Shown here piece by piece: positions 18,038 to 27,825 of a DNA stretch of 64,000 nt. Source of the stretch: a virus; the IMG/VR virus record IMGVR_UViG_3300042691_039251, positions 1-64,000 of that record; one strand, given 5' to 3'. The position numbers and the translations under genes are program-made. The notes beneath the pieces are model-generated. The model searched no databases. It saw only the letters and a program-made list of their open reading frames with translations, and was not told the origin of the DNA. The first letter of the stretch is position 1, and every line of letters begins with the position of its first letter.

Positions 18038-19872
18038 GTCTACGGAGCAAAGAACTGAAAGCAGTATGGGTCCTCGAGAACGCGAAAAAAGATCGGAATT
18101 TCCACCTGCAGGAGATAGAGCTTCTTTATATTGTGGCTTCTGTCCTTCAGTGGAAAAAGCTCAACCCAAAAGTTCCTACTCATCTCATCTGCACGCCTGA
18201 GGTCTACCAGAGCTTTTGTGATCTGGATCTCGTTTATCTCTGGGACCACATCGATCTAGATGTTTTGAAAGAGAAGGATGAAATAGACAGGAAACCGTTT
18301 TGGGCCTGTTCGAAGATCAAAGCAATGCGAAAGATTTCAGCACCTTTCGTAATGATGGACAATGATCTCTTTCTCACTCGAGCAAATGTAATGACAGAGG
18401 AAGACTATAAAAATTACGGTGTCGTGGTTCACTATAAAGAACACGGTCCCGGTTACTATCTCCTCTCTACAGATCCTACGCTATCAGATCTTCCCGGGCT
18501 TTACCCGCCTGATGCTAACGGAGACTCTTTCAACGTCTCATTCCTTTACATCAGAGATGACGATTTTCGTCAGAAATATGCTGACACTGCTTACTCTTGG
18601 ATGACTCAGCTATCAGATGGAAGAGAAAAGATCCACGGAGGTCACATGATCTTCTGTGAGCAGAAACTGCTTTATGACATGACGAAACGCGAAGGCGTGT
18701 CAGTTAAAGCAATAGTTCCTGATCTTTTCGATTGCACAAAAAACTCTTTTAAGACTTCCAGCGAGATCCAATCTTATCTGAACCACTTGGGTCCTAAGAA
18801 AAGAGGAGTTCGAGGTAATCCAGACCTTTTGATCAAATTGAAAAGTGATGTACTTTTTGTCTTAAAGGACTATTCTAATCTAAAACATATTTTCATCGCT
18901 CTGAAGAGAAACGATGAATTAATGGTAAAGAATGACGGTAAATTTTACTTGAGCTCCAAGCTGAATCCTTACATAGAGCCTTCACCTCTGAAACATCAAA
19001 ACCGAAAAGAGAATAAGATATGTGTCATCTATGCACTTTGGGAAGAGGGAAAGTATCTGTCGTATCTCAAATACTCTCTCATGGCTCTGATCACTTCTAC
19101 TGATGTCAGAGAAAGAGCAGATATCCTCATCATAGTGAGCGAAAATCTATATCATGCAGCGGTCCATTGTTTTAGCGGAATCTTATCCGAAGACTCTTTC
19201 GTAGTCGTGAAAGGCTTTAAAACTCCCAAATATGCTCTCCCCAACCACCCTAGAGTTCAGAAATACGACTATTTTATGATGCTTGATTCTGATGCTTTTT
19301 TTGTTGGATATCGCTCTATCTTCAAAGAGATAGAAGAGTTCTATTCTGATGAGTCTAACATAAATAGCATTTTCATGCACAAGGACCGCCCGAACGGTTT
19401 TCACGAATGGGGTTCCAAAGACGTCTTTTGGAGCCGTAAAAGAAATCTTTGCAATTCTATCGATGACGAAGAATATGAAAAAATCTTCGTAAAAAGAATG
19501 GGCTCTCAACGATTTGAAGAAATGATGCGAGCTGAATTTTGGTGGGTTTCTTGCATCATGATTTATACTAAAAAACATTTCAGAGAAGACAGTTACCACT
19601 CATTTGTGATGGAACAACTTTGGAATAATCAATGGTGTGATGAGACTGTCTTTATCTCATATTCTCACATGATGGGTTATTCCATCAATCTCATAAATAA
19701 TTTCTTCGAATGTTACGATGTTTGGTCTCGAAAAAATGAGAGTCTGACTCTCTATCATCCGATAGTCGGCGGTAACACCACCGCGTATTCTAACGAAGAG
19801 ATGATCGCAGACATTCAGACGAGATATGACGCAGCTGTAAAGAAAGAAACATTACTAGGAAAAAAGATATAA
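18034..19872 (+). CDS. Two-domain putative GT-A glycosyltransferase (DUF6734-like domain plus second DxD domain)
   Basis: FWACSKI...PFVMMDNDLF...FCEQ and MMLDSD...CDETVF; paralogous to 29234 and 28316. Confidence 0.65.
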   Translation: MSLRSKELKAVWVLENAKKDRNFHLQEIELLYIVASVLQWKKLNPKVPTHLICTPEVYQSFCDLDLVYLWDHIDLDVLKEKDEIDRKPFWACSKIKAMRKISAPFVMMDNDLFLTRANVMTEEDYKNYGVVVHYKEHGPGYYLLSTDPTLSDLPGLYPPDANGDSFNVSFLYIRDDDFRQKYADTAYSWMTQLSDGREKIHGGHMIFCEQKLLYDMTKREGVSVKAIVPDLFDCTKNSFKTSSEIQSYLNHLGPKKRGVRGNPDLLIKLKSDVLFVLKDYSNLKHIFIALKRNDELMVKNDGKFYLSSKLNPYIEPSPLKHQNRKENKICVIYALWEEGKYLSYLKYSLMALITSTDVRERADILIIVSENLYHAAVHCFSGILSEDSFVVVKGFKTPKYALPNHPRVQKYDYFMMLDSDAFFVGYRSIFKEIEEFYSDESNINSIFMHKDRPNGFHEWGSKDVFWSRKRNLCNSIDDEEYEKIFVKRMGSQRFEEMMRAEFWWVSCIMIYTKKHFREDSYHSFVMEQLWNNQWCDETVFISYSHMMGYSINLINNFFECYDVWSRKNESLTLYHPIVGGNTTAYSNEEMIADIQTRYDAAVKKETLLGKKI

Positions 19873-19886
19873 AAAGAAAAAGAAAC

Positions 19887-21089
19887 ATGGAAGACATACG
19901 TTGGGGATCTATCATTCCCCTCATCGGAGGAATGACAGTAGGAAATAAGACGGCAGCAGGAAATGATCCTAGCGTCATCGTATCATATCCTGCTTTCGGC
20001 GACAATGATCAGCATTGTCGAAATTATTTTCAAGACACGCCTTATATTACGATAGATGCAGCAACCAACGTCGCAGAATCTGACATCAAGAGCTACGGTA
20101 AAATAGACTTTATGAGCACCGTCTGTCCCTGCGCCGGACTGTCTCAATTAAATTCAGCTAAGAACACGAGCAAAGGTCGAGGCAGCGATGCTGCTCAGAA
20201 CGAATGGATGTATAAAAGCGCATCTTTTGTTCTTGAACAGGTAAAGCCAAAAGTCTTCTGGGGAGAAAACGCTCCCGGACTTTATGGAAAGACCGGAGAA
20301 GGTGTGGTTGATCGTCTTCGCAGAATCGGTGAGGAGAACGGCTATTCTTTTTCAATGGTGAAGACAGACACTTTTCTCCACGGGATTCCTCAGCACCGCC
20401 ACCGCACTTTCTACTTTTTCTGGGAAGGCCAAAGAGCACCAATCCTCTCATGGTACCGTAAAGAAGCTCCTCTCCTTGCGGACTATTTAGATCAAGTTCC
20501 TAAAGATGCCAAAGACATGGATCGATATTTTGGAATGGGTCCCGCAGAAACAGATCCCTGGTTCAGGTTTGCTGCTTCTGAAGGTTTTACGCCAAAAGAT
20601 CTCGTGAACTCGCCTAGAGGTTACAAATCAGTGTTTGATTTTGTCCAAGACGGAAGAATCGATACAGCTATAACTTGGGCTGATGCCAACGAGGAAAAGA
20701 AAATGTCCAACTTTTTGCAGAGAGCAAAGAAGAAGCTAGAAGCCGGAGAAGGTCTCTGGGTCGACACTCCGATACTCTTTAGAGAAGCCACGAACTCTTT
20801 GATCGGAAGATACACTTCGATAGTCCATCCTACGGAACCTCGAGGCATCACAGTTCGAGAAGCTATGTGGTTGATGGGACTTCCTCATGATTTTGAGCTG
20901 AACACTACCAACGTCAATCACATCTGCCAGAACGTTCCGACGACCACAGCTGCTGATTGGACGAGAGAAGTGATCAAGTTCATCAGAGGTGAAGTAAAAG
21001 AATGGGGAGGCCATTTCGTGAAACAGAACAACATGACTCAGAAGATTGACATCTCTGAGAAAAAAGTAAAAGTCAACAGCGTGATATGA
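19887..21089 (+). CDS. C5 cytosine DNA methyltransferase (atypical motif I)
   Basis: CPCAGLS (PC), GENAPGL (ENV-like), PQHRHRTF (QxRxR), REAMWLMGLPHDF; SIIPLIGGM replaces FxGxGG. Confidence 0.8.
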   Translation: MEDIRWGSIIPLIGGMTVGNKTAAGNDPSVIVSYPAFGDNDQHCRNYFQDTPYITIDAATNVAESDIKSYGKIDFMSTVCPCAGLSQLNSAKNTSKGRGSDAAQNEWMYKSASFVLEQVKPKVFWGENAPGLYGKTGEGVVDRLRRIGEENGYSFSMVKTDTFLHGIPQHRHRTFYFFWEGQRAPILSWYRKEAPLLADYLDQVPKDAKDMDRYFGMGPAETDPWFRFAASEGFTPKDLVNSPRGYKSVFDFVQDGRIDTAITWADANEEKKMSNFLQRAKKKLEAGEGLWVDTPILFREATNSLIGRYTSIVHPTEPRGITVREAMWLMGLPHDFELNTTNVNHICQNVPTTTAADWTREVIKFIRGEVKEWGGHFVKQNNMTQKIDISEKKVKVNSVI

Positions 21090-22030
21090 AGTGCATCTAT
21101 GTAAACTGGAGCCAGCCTTTTCTAAGAAAAGAAAAGCTCAGAGGCCACGGTTTCAAGATCTTCAAAGACCTCGACAAATCAGAATACTTCAAACCAGTCT
21201 ACGAGATCCTATTCACGATACTCTCTGTCGCTTATTGGAAGAAATACAACGGTACCGCAAAGCTCTACACTGACAAAGTCGGAGAAGAGTATTACAGAAA
21301 GATCGGAATCTTAGATCTCTGGGACGAAGTCGACACTCAAAAGCTTGAAGAATTTAATCAGCTAGGAATAGAAGGCGGTGTCTTCTGGACTTCAGCAAAA
21401 TCATACTGCATCGCCAAGGAAGAAGGACCTTTCGTCTTTTCAGACTTGGACTTCATCGTGAGGCAAAAGGTTCCTGATTATTTTTATTCAACTCAAGTCT
21501 CAATACCGCATTGGGAGATCCCACGAGGATACTATTACCCCAGCGAAAAAGATCTCGAGTCTCTCACTCACTGGAAACCCTTCGAAGGATTTTCACAGAG
21601 GATGTTAGTCCCTAACACATCTTTCCTCTACTTGGATTCAAAAGAGCTCCAAGATCTCTATTGGCAGAGACACTATGAAATAGTGAACACCGAGAACGAA
21701 GTTCCTGAATGGGTCTGGCTTCTTTCTGATCAGGGAGTCTTCGGACAATCTATCAGGTCTTTAGATCTAAAAACGACTTCTCTCACTGACAAGATATTTT
21801 TATCAGAGAATGAAGGTTGGGGTAGAGGCGGAGAAGGTTGGGCCGATATGTGGCTCTTTCCACCCGGTGCAGACATGGAGAAAGAAAAAGTCGAGTGGGA
21901 ACACGTCTGGCTGGCCAAGGTGGCTTATACATTCAACGAAGAGTTCAAGCAGAACGAGATCAAGCGCTACATTGCTGAGATCGATGGAGTCTTTCCAGAG
22001 CTCTCACATAAAATAGAATCCATCAGATGA
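21086..22030 (+). CDS. DUF6734-like putative GT-A glycosyltransferase
   Basis: KLYTD, FWTSAK, PFVFSDLDF, NTSFL, SDQ. Confidence 0.65.
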   Translation: MKCIYVNWSQPFLRKEKLRGHGFKIFKDLDKSEYFKPVYEILFTILSVAYWKKYNGTAKLYTDKVGEEYYRKIGILDLWDEVDTQKLEEFNQLGIEGGVFWTSAKSYCIAKEEGPFVFSDLDFIVRQKVPDYFYSTQVSIPHWEIPRGYYYPSEKDLESLTHWKPFEGFSQRMLVPNTSFLYLDSKELQDLYWQRHYEIVNTENEVPEWVWLLSDQGVFGQSIRSLDLKTTSLTDKIFLSENEGWGRGGEGWADMWLFPPGADMEKEKVEWEHVWLAKVAYTFNEEFKQNEIKRYIAEIDGVFPELSHKIESIR

Positions 22031-22680
22031 CGGAAGAGCAAAAGACTGCAGCTTTAGAACACTATAAAGAGAAAGGTTGGGCTCGGATAGAGCAGTGCAT
22101 TCCTTCTGATTGGGTCTCGTGGCTTAGAGAACTATTCGTTAGAACGAGAGAAGAGCAGAAGCCTCTGCTGAGACAAGAGAAGCCTTACGGTTCTGGAACT
22201 TATTGGGAAGGCGTAGATTCTCTCTCAATGGTGAACGAAGATCTCTTTAAAATTTACACTAGCGATCTCACCAAAGAAATCTTGAACATCTTCTGTAAAG
22301 AAGCATATTGTTTCATCGAAGAAGCAATCATCAAGATGCCAGGTGAAGATTTTAGATACACTGAACATATTGATAGAGTAGGCGGGACTGATCCTAGGCT
22401 CTTCAACGATCCTCTTTACGATCAAATCACTCTCGCTTGGATCCTCACAGATCTCACAACTGAGAACGGGACTTTAGAAATAAAGGAGGGAGAAGAGTAT
22501 CTGCCAGTCTACCCTAAAGCGGGAGACATCATGGTCTGGAATGATACTCTGTGGCACCGATCAGGGCCTAACCACAGCGAAGAGCCCAGAATTATTTGGA
22601 TCAATTTCTTCACAATGCATCCTATCGGAAGAACCGAGGAGATTAACAAAGACTATTACGACTTAAAAATCATTCCATGA
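22027..22680 (+). CDS. Phytanoyl-CoA dioxygenase-family 2OG-Fe(II) oxygenase
   Basis: HID, ENGTL, AGD, WHRSGPNHSEEPR. Confidence 0.8.
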   Translation: MTEEQKTAALEHYKEKGWARIEQCIPSDWVSWLRELFVRTREEQKPLLRQEKPYGSGTYWEGVDSLSMVNEDLFKIYTSDLTKEILNIFCKEAYCFIEEAIIKMPGEDFRYTEHIDRVGGTDPRLFNDPLYDQITLAWILTDLTTENGTLEIKEGEEYLPVYPKAGDIMVWNDTLWHRSGPNHSEEPRIIWINFFTMHPIGRTEEINKDYYDLKIIP

Positions 22681-23279
22681 CAGGAAGAGAAAAGCTGCCA
22701 TACTTATTGAATAGAGAAGATCTAATCGGAGCCGAGATCGGCGTCGAAGAAGGATTCTTTAGTGAATACTTGCTTAAGACAGGTCTCTTCAGGACTCTGT
22801 ACTCAATTGATCCCTGGCCTAATCGGTTTCCCGGAGTCTTTATCAATGGAGAAGATCTCGTTACGAGCAATAATGAAGAGACTTACACAACAGCTCGAGA
22901 AAAACTTGAAAAATACGAGGCCTCTGAAATCATCCGAAAGAGTTCAGAAGAAGCTTCAAAGGCTTTTGAGGACGAGAGCCTCGACTTTGTCTTTTTAGAC
23001 GGAGACCACACCTACGAAGGCGTAAAGCTCGATCTCCAATGTTGGTATGACAAAGTAAAGAAAGGCGGAATTTTTTCAGGCCACGATTACATGGATTATG
23101 TGATGAATTGTGGAGGCGGCATCACCTCACATTTCGGAGTAAGGAGAGCCGTAGACGAGTTCTTCTCAGAAAAAGGCATACAAGTCTTTACTGTCGAGGA
23201 AATGGAAAGAGAGAGGCTGCAGTGGATTGAGAACTACGAGAGCTTCCCAACTTGGTACAGCTGGTACATAATAAAATAA
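22677..23279 (+). CDS. Class I SAM-dependent methyltransferase
   Basis: AEIGVEEG, IDPW, DFVFLDGDHTYEGV, GHDY. Confidence 0.85.
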   Translation: MTGREKLPYLLNREDLIGAEIGVEEGFFSEYLLKTGLFRTLYSIDPWPNRFPGVFINGEDLVTSNNEETYTTAREKLEKYEASEIIRKSSEEASKAFEDESLDFVFLDGDHTYEGVKLDLQCWYDKVKKGGIFSGHDYMDYVMNCGGGITSHFGVRRAVDEFFSEKGIQVFTVEEMERERLQWIENYESFPTWYSWYIIK

Positions 23280-23283
23280 AGAT

Positions 23284-24006
23284 ATGAATTTCAAAGACCC
23301 ACTGCTGAAATCAGATAAAGACGACGTCTATTACTTAGCACCGATTCCTGTCTACATGAAGCAGTTCGATGATCACGACTTTCACGACAGAGTCTATAAT
23401 TTCGGCTTTGAGACCCTCAATCCAGCTCAGAAGCTGATGGGACAGGAACTACCTGAACGCTACGACGAAGAGAGGCAGAGCACTTATCAACCTTGGAGCG
23501 ATTCTGAGGTGGCAGAAAGATGGGTCGAGAACACCGAGTACAATCCAATCGGAAGCCGATACTCAGTTCCGCCCAACGATTTTTTAAAGACTAATAATCC
23601 AGACGTAGCAGTGATTAGACAGAGAATTTTTGATGGATTCAGCCATCTGTTGAATTCTATCGAAGTTCCTCACGACATTACTCAAGCAAAGATCACTGAG
23701 AGCTGGATGCAATACTATGACCCTTATGCCGGTCGCGGCCATCAGGCTCACAATCACTGCAGGTGGCATCCTTCAGAAGAACCCATGGTCGGATTTTCTG
23801 GCGGTTACTACCTCTCTGACGGCGATCCGATCAAAGACCATCCTTATAGTGGAGTCTTTTGTTTTCACATTAGAGGAATGTCTCATTTCATCAGACCAAA
23901 GAAAGGGCTCTTGGTGATTTGGCCTTATGACATCGTCCACTCAGTCAAACCATTTTACGGAAAAACACACAGATGCGTGATCAATTTCAACATACAACTC
24001 CCATAA
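23284..24006 (+). CDS. Putative 2OG-Fe(II) oxygenase
   Basis: SW, HNH, SGGYY, PKKGLLVIWP, HSVKP, RCVINFN. Confidence 0.75.
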   Translation: MNFKDPLLKSDKDDVYYLAPIPVYMKQFDDHDFHDRVYNFGFETLNPAQKLMGQELPERYDEERQSTYQPWSDSEVAERWVENTEYNPIGSRYSVPPNDFLKTNNPDVAVIRQRIFDGFSHLLNSIEVPHDITQAKITESWMQYYDPYAGRGHQAHNHCRWHPSEEPMVGFSGGYYLSDGDPIKDHPYSGVFCFHIRGMSHFIRPKKGLLVIWPYDIVHSVKPFYGKTHRCVINFNIQLP

Positions 24007-24785
24007 AAGTAGTCCGAGCTTTTTGGGGAGAGAACAAAGACATCTGGGCAGAGATACCGAGCTCGCCTGAATGGGACGAGATCGTCTATGTCTGGGGAGA
24101 AGAGAACGAGAAGAGGTTGAAATCGATGGGATATGAGACAAAGCTCATGTGCACCACGATGACTGAACCGAAGTACAGCACGATCTATGATCACTTTGCT
24201 CATAAATTAGATACTTACGTCGCGGCTGAGGAAGATTGGGGAGAATTTCTCTTTCTCGATTGGGACGTAAAGATCATCAAAGAGATAGATGAGCGGTTCT
24301 GGGATCTCGTGAGGACCAAACCTCTTCAGTGTCCGGTTTACGGTTATCCGAAAGAATATGAGAGAAAGATATGGGAGCACATAGAAGCAAACCCTCAGAA
24401 AAAATGGGTACAAGAGCTCGATCCGAACACAGGTGACTGGGTTAAAGTCCAAAATGAGCAGCTCGAAAAATACAATTGGAATTGGGAAGACCTCCAGCTC
24501 GTTCCTAATGTCTGCTTCTTCTACTCTTCTTACACAGGAGTTCCGAAAAAGCTGAGAAAGATCTACGAAAATCAAGGTGTAAAAACGTGCATTGAAGAGT
24601 TTGCAGTGTGGATCTGGGCTGATTGTTCTCTCGATGAATTCATCGAAGAACACGAACCTTTTGTGATCAGAGGGAGAGAAGATGATCTCTGCCACTTTGA
24701 CCTCGCAGAGGAAGAGACTATGAAGAGGATTAACGCTTACGTGAATACAAAAATCAAAAAAGAAATTTATCTGAAGCATCTATGA
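23973..24785 (+). CDS. Putative DxD glycosyltransferase-like protein
   Basis: FLFLDWD, VPNVCFFY, IEE; start position uncertain. Confidence 0.55.
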   Translation: MRDQFQHTTPIKVVRAFWGENKDIWAEIPSSPEWDEIVYVWGEENEKRLKSMGYETKLMCTTMTEPKYSTIYDHFAHKLDTYVAAEEDWGEFLFLDWDVKIIKEIDERFWDLVRTKPLQCPVYGYPKEYERKIWEHIEANPQKKWVQELDPNTGDWVKVQNEQLEKYNWNWEDLQLVPNVCFFYSSYTGVPKKLRKIYENQGVKTCIEEFAVWIWADCSLDEFIEEHEPFVIRGREDDLCHFDLAEEETMKRINAYVNTKIKKEIYLKHL

Positions 24786-25372
24786 TCACTCGAGTAATTA
24801 CGCTGGGCGGAGAAAGGATGAAATCTTTTCAAGAAAGAATGGGACCTAAAATCCCTTTTGAATTTTTCAAAGGCTTTACGCCGGACTACATTTCCGACAT
24901 TGAACCCATGTTTGAAAAGAGCAACATATATGAATATGCTCACGAAAGGAATCCAAGAGCAGTTATCGCCTGTGCTAAGAGCCACCTTTGGCTCTGGGAA
25001 ATGTGTATCCGCTTAGATGAGGAAATTTTGATACTCGAAGATGATGTGACTTTTAGCGATGATTTTGCAGAAGAAGCGTTTAACGTTTTCATCTATAACT
25101 TAAACGATTATGAGTACGATGTCTTCTTTTTTGACGGAGATTGGGGAGAGAAGTACATAGTATCTCAGCCTCATCGCTTTCATTCAGGCTGTGCCTACGT
25201 AATGACTCCTAAGGGAGCTCAAAAGATTTTGGACAAGCTTGAAGCTGAGGGCTTCGATGAAGCGATCGATTGGGAGATCTTAAATTCACAAAACTACGGA
25301 GTGAGAGCTCTCGCTTTTGAAAGAGCGATCCTCGTTCCATCAGCTGACGAAAAATCGACTTTGAAGATATGA
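24782..25372 (+). CDS. GT25-family glycosyltransferase
   Basis: ACAKSHLWLW, ILEDDV, AYVMTPKGAQKIL, IDW. Confidence 0.8.
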   Translation: MITRVITLGGERMKSFQERMGPKIPFEFFKGFTPDYISDIEPMFEKSNIYEYAHERNPRAVIACAKSHLWLWEMCIRLDEEILILEDDVTFSDDFAEEAFNVFIYNLNDYEYDVFFFDGDWGEKYIVSQPHRFHSGCAYVMTPKGAQKILDKLEAEGFDEAIDWEILNSQNYGVRALAFERAILVPSADEKSTLKI

Positions 25373-25929
25373 TAAAATTGCACGACGACATTTTCCTTTT
25401 TGAAAAGATCTTGACCGAAGAAATAATTGAAGAGGGCCTGAAGATCGTATCAGGAGAATCTAAACAGAGCTACGGGATAGAAGAGGGTTCTCATTTCTTC
25501 AATCTGATAAATGATCTCTGGTTCAAAAAGATCGAAGATCCTCTGCACGAAGAATACTTTCGTCTCGTTCCTCTGCCTGCTGAGACTATCAAAGCTTTGA
25601 GAGAATTCACGAAGACTGATTGGAGAGATCTCTTCTTTCTCAGATACTATCCCGAAAACACTCAAGAGCTGAGCACCTACGTCCACGCTGATTTTTCGAC
25701 TTGGACTTTCAGCGCCTGCTTCGTCAATTCTGAAGAGTATGAGGGAGGCTCGCTCTGTTTTCCTAGACAAGGAGTAAAGAAGAAATTAGACAGAGGAGAT
25801 GTAGTAGTCTTTCCAGGTGGTCTGACTCACCTCCACTACACTGAGAACATTCAAGAGGGAGAGAGAATAGTCTTAGTCGGACAATCAATGCCTTATAAAC
25901 AAGACCACAGATTGGGAAAACCTCTCTGA
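25369..25929 (+). CDS. 2OG-Fe(II) oxygenase, prolyl/lysyl hydroxylase-like
   Basis: HADFSTWT, YEGGSL, FPGGLTHLH, GER. Confidence 0.8.
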   Translation: MIKLHDDIFLFEKILTEEIIEEGLKIVSGESKQSYGIEEGSHFFNLINDLWFKKIEDPLHEEYFRLVPLPAETIKALREFTKTDWRDLFFLRYYPENTQELSTYVHADFSTWTFSACFVNSEEYEGGSLCFPRQGVKKKLDRGDVVVFPGGLTHLHYTENIQEGERIVLVGQSMPYKQDHRLGKPL

Positions 25930-25959
25930 AACATTTGATCTTTTCACGATAAGAGAAAT

Positions 25960-26832
25960 ATGAAAAAATTAGTAGTAGCTCGAAGCTGGAGAGAATTTAA
26001 GACTCAACAGGCTGCAGCAGTATATAGCCTCTATGAGGTCTTTAAAGATTATGACGTGCACCTCCACTTGGTCATCAACGATCACAAGAACGAGGCTCTC
26101 ATAGAAGCATTACGCAAGAAAATGCCGAACTGGAAGATCAACATTTACGATAACCTCTTCTTCGACGAATATGCACTTCTTCGAGGAGCAACTCCTGACC
26201 AAATAGCAGAATTTCCGAAATGGATGTGGATCTACCATCTGCTCCTCTATCATTTTCTGTGGCATTCTCATCGGGAAGACTATGTGCTCACCTACGATGA
26301 CGACATCTTCTTCAGAGAAAGGCCGGAAGAAGTCTGTCACAAAGTGAATAATAAGATACCTTTTTGCATGGCAGATCAACATTCTGATTCTGACAAGCCG
26401 CTGATGGGAAAACTCGTACTACACTTCGGTAACTGGATCCACGATGAGTATTATGCCTGCTGGGGATCAACTTGGTCATCTAACAGCGGTTTCATGGGAT
26501 TGGCCAACAGGGCCATCTTTGAAAATTTCAGCTCACCTGAAGATTTCAGAAAAATGTTGGACATGTTTGAGTACCGGGTTTACCGCCACGAAGACGACAA
26601 CACTGATTGGAAAGACTACCGAATTCTCCTCCAAGAGCAGTCTTTTCTGGGGATTTTAAACAGAGCTTTCAGCAATAGAAAACACGCGGTTCTCATTCCA
26701 GAATACGGTTACTCGATCAATGATCACAGCATTTCTAAAGTCCACCACTATGTGGCGAAAGCAAAGCTCGCTCCTGAATTTCAACAAAGGATCAAATCTA
26801 AATACGAAGAACTCTTAAAATTTTTACAATGA
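25960..26832 (+). CDS. Putative GT-A glycosyltransferase
   Basis: TYDDD, NSGFM, EQSFL, HHY. Confidence 0.6.
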   Translation: MKKLVVARSWREFKTQQAAAVYSLYEVFKDYDVHLHLVINDHKNEALIEALRKKMPNWKINIYDNLFFDEYALLRGATPDQIAEFPKWMWIYHLLLYHFLWHSHREDYVLTYDDDIFFRERPEEVCHKVNNKIPFCMADQHSDSDKPLMGKLVLHFGNWIHDEYYACWGSTWSSNSGFMGLANRAIFENFSSPEDFRKMLDMFEYRVYRHEDDNTDWKDYRILLQEQSFLGILNRAFSNRKHAVLIPEYGYSINDHSISKVHHYVAKAKLAPEFQQRIKSKYEELLKFLQ

Positions 26833-27266
26833 AAATAGGAATCACATGCAGCACTTTTGATCTGCTCCACGCCGGGCACGTCATCATGTTAGAAGAATCT
26901 AAGAAACACTGTGACTATCTGATCTGCGCTCTCCAAGTCGACCCCTCGATGGCCAAGCGGACAGATGGCGTAAAGAAGAACCCACCCGTCCAATCTCTAG
27001 TCGAACGGTATCTGCAATTGGACGCAGTGAAATGGGTCGACAAGATCATTCCCTACACTACTGAACAGGAGCTCGAGGAGATTTTCATGTCTCTACCAAT
27101 CAATGTGAGGATCATCGGAGAAGAGTACAGAGAAAAGAACTACACTGCTCGTGAGATCTGTGAGAGAAGAGGGATAGAGATCATCTATAATAAGAGAGAG
27201 CACAACTACTCTTCTTCAGACCTCCGCAGAAGAACGGCCGCAGCTGAACAGAGTAAAAATATATAG
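26829..27266 (+). CDS. Glycerol-3-phosphate cytidylyltransferase (TagD)-like protein
   Basis: STFDLLHAGH, LQVDPS, GEEY, REHNYSSS. Confidence 0.8.
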   Translation: MKIGITCSTFDLLHAGHVIMLEESKKHCDYLICALQVDPSMAKRTDGVKKNPPVQSLVERYLQLDAVKWVDKIIPYTTEQELEEIFMSLPINVRIIGEEYREKNYTAREICERRGIEIIYNKREHNYSSSDLRRRTAAAEQSKNI

Positions 27267-27285
27267 ACTAGAAAATCAAGAATCT

Positions 27286-27825
27286 ATGGCAATTCAAATA
27301 AATGCAAGTCTAACCTCTAGAAATAAAGGAGAGCTCACTGCAGCAGTAGTGAAGATTGAGAGCTATCGAATCAACAAGTTTGCCGGTTTGTACGAGTGTA
27401 CAATAGCAATGTTTAAGGACCTTGAAGACGCAGCTAATTCCAAGCCTCTTTACAAAGAGGACATTTTCTGCGATATGTCGCAGAGAAGAGTCATGCCGAA
27501 TCCAGTATCTCCACAACTGATCTACAACGGAGAAGAAGTCGAGTACCCGACTTACATCACTTTTGAGATGTATACTCCTGTCGAAATAGTGGAAGAATAT
27601 GTAGAAGACGAGGTCCAGACAGAAACTTACAATACTTTCGATGAAGAGGGTAATGTAGTCCAATCTACGAGAGAAATCACAGTACCTGTGACAAAGACTC
27701 GAACAGTGACTAAGAACAAGATTGATATCGAGCTCATTGATGGCGATCCTTACGGCTGGGCATACAATAAATTAAAAGAGGCTCTAGGAGAAATCTTCGG
27801 AGCAGAAAATCTAACAGACTGCTAA
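27286..27825 (+). CDS. Hypothetical protein, possible tail/fibre accessory
   Basis: 179 aa; C-terminal AYNKLKEALGEIFGAENL. Confidence 0.65.
   Translation: MAIQINASLTSRNKGELTAAVVKIESYRINKFAGLYECTIAMFKDLEDAANSKPLYKEDIFCDMSQRRVMPNPVSPQLIYNGEEVEYPTYITFEMYTPVEIVEEYVEDEVQTETYNTFDEEGNVVQSTREITVPVTKTRTVTKNKIDIELIDGDPYGWAYNKLKEALGEIFGAENLTDC

Noticed and set aside
24003-24006. Possible ATA start codon (ATAA overlap) for the 23973 gene
   Set aside because: An in-frame ATG exists 30 nt upstream; cannot be resolved without homologues.
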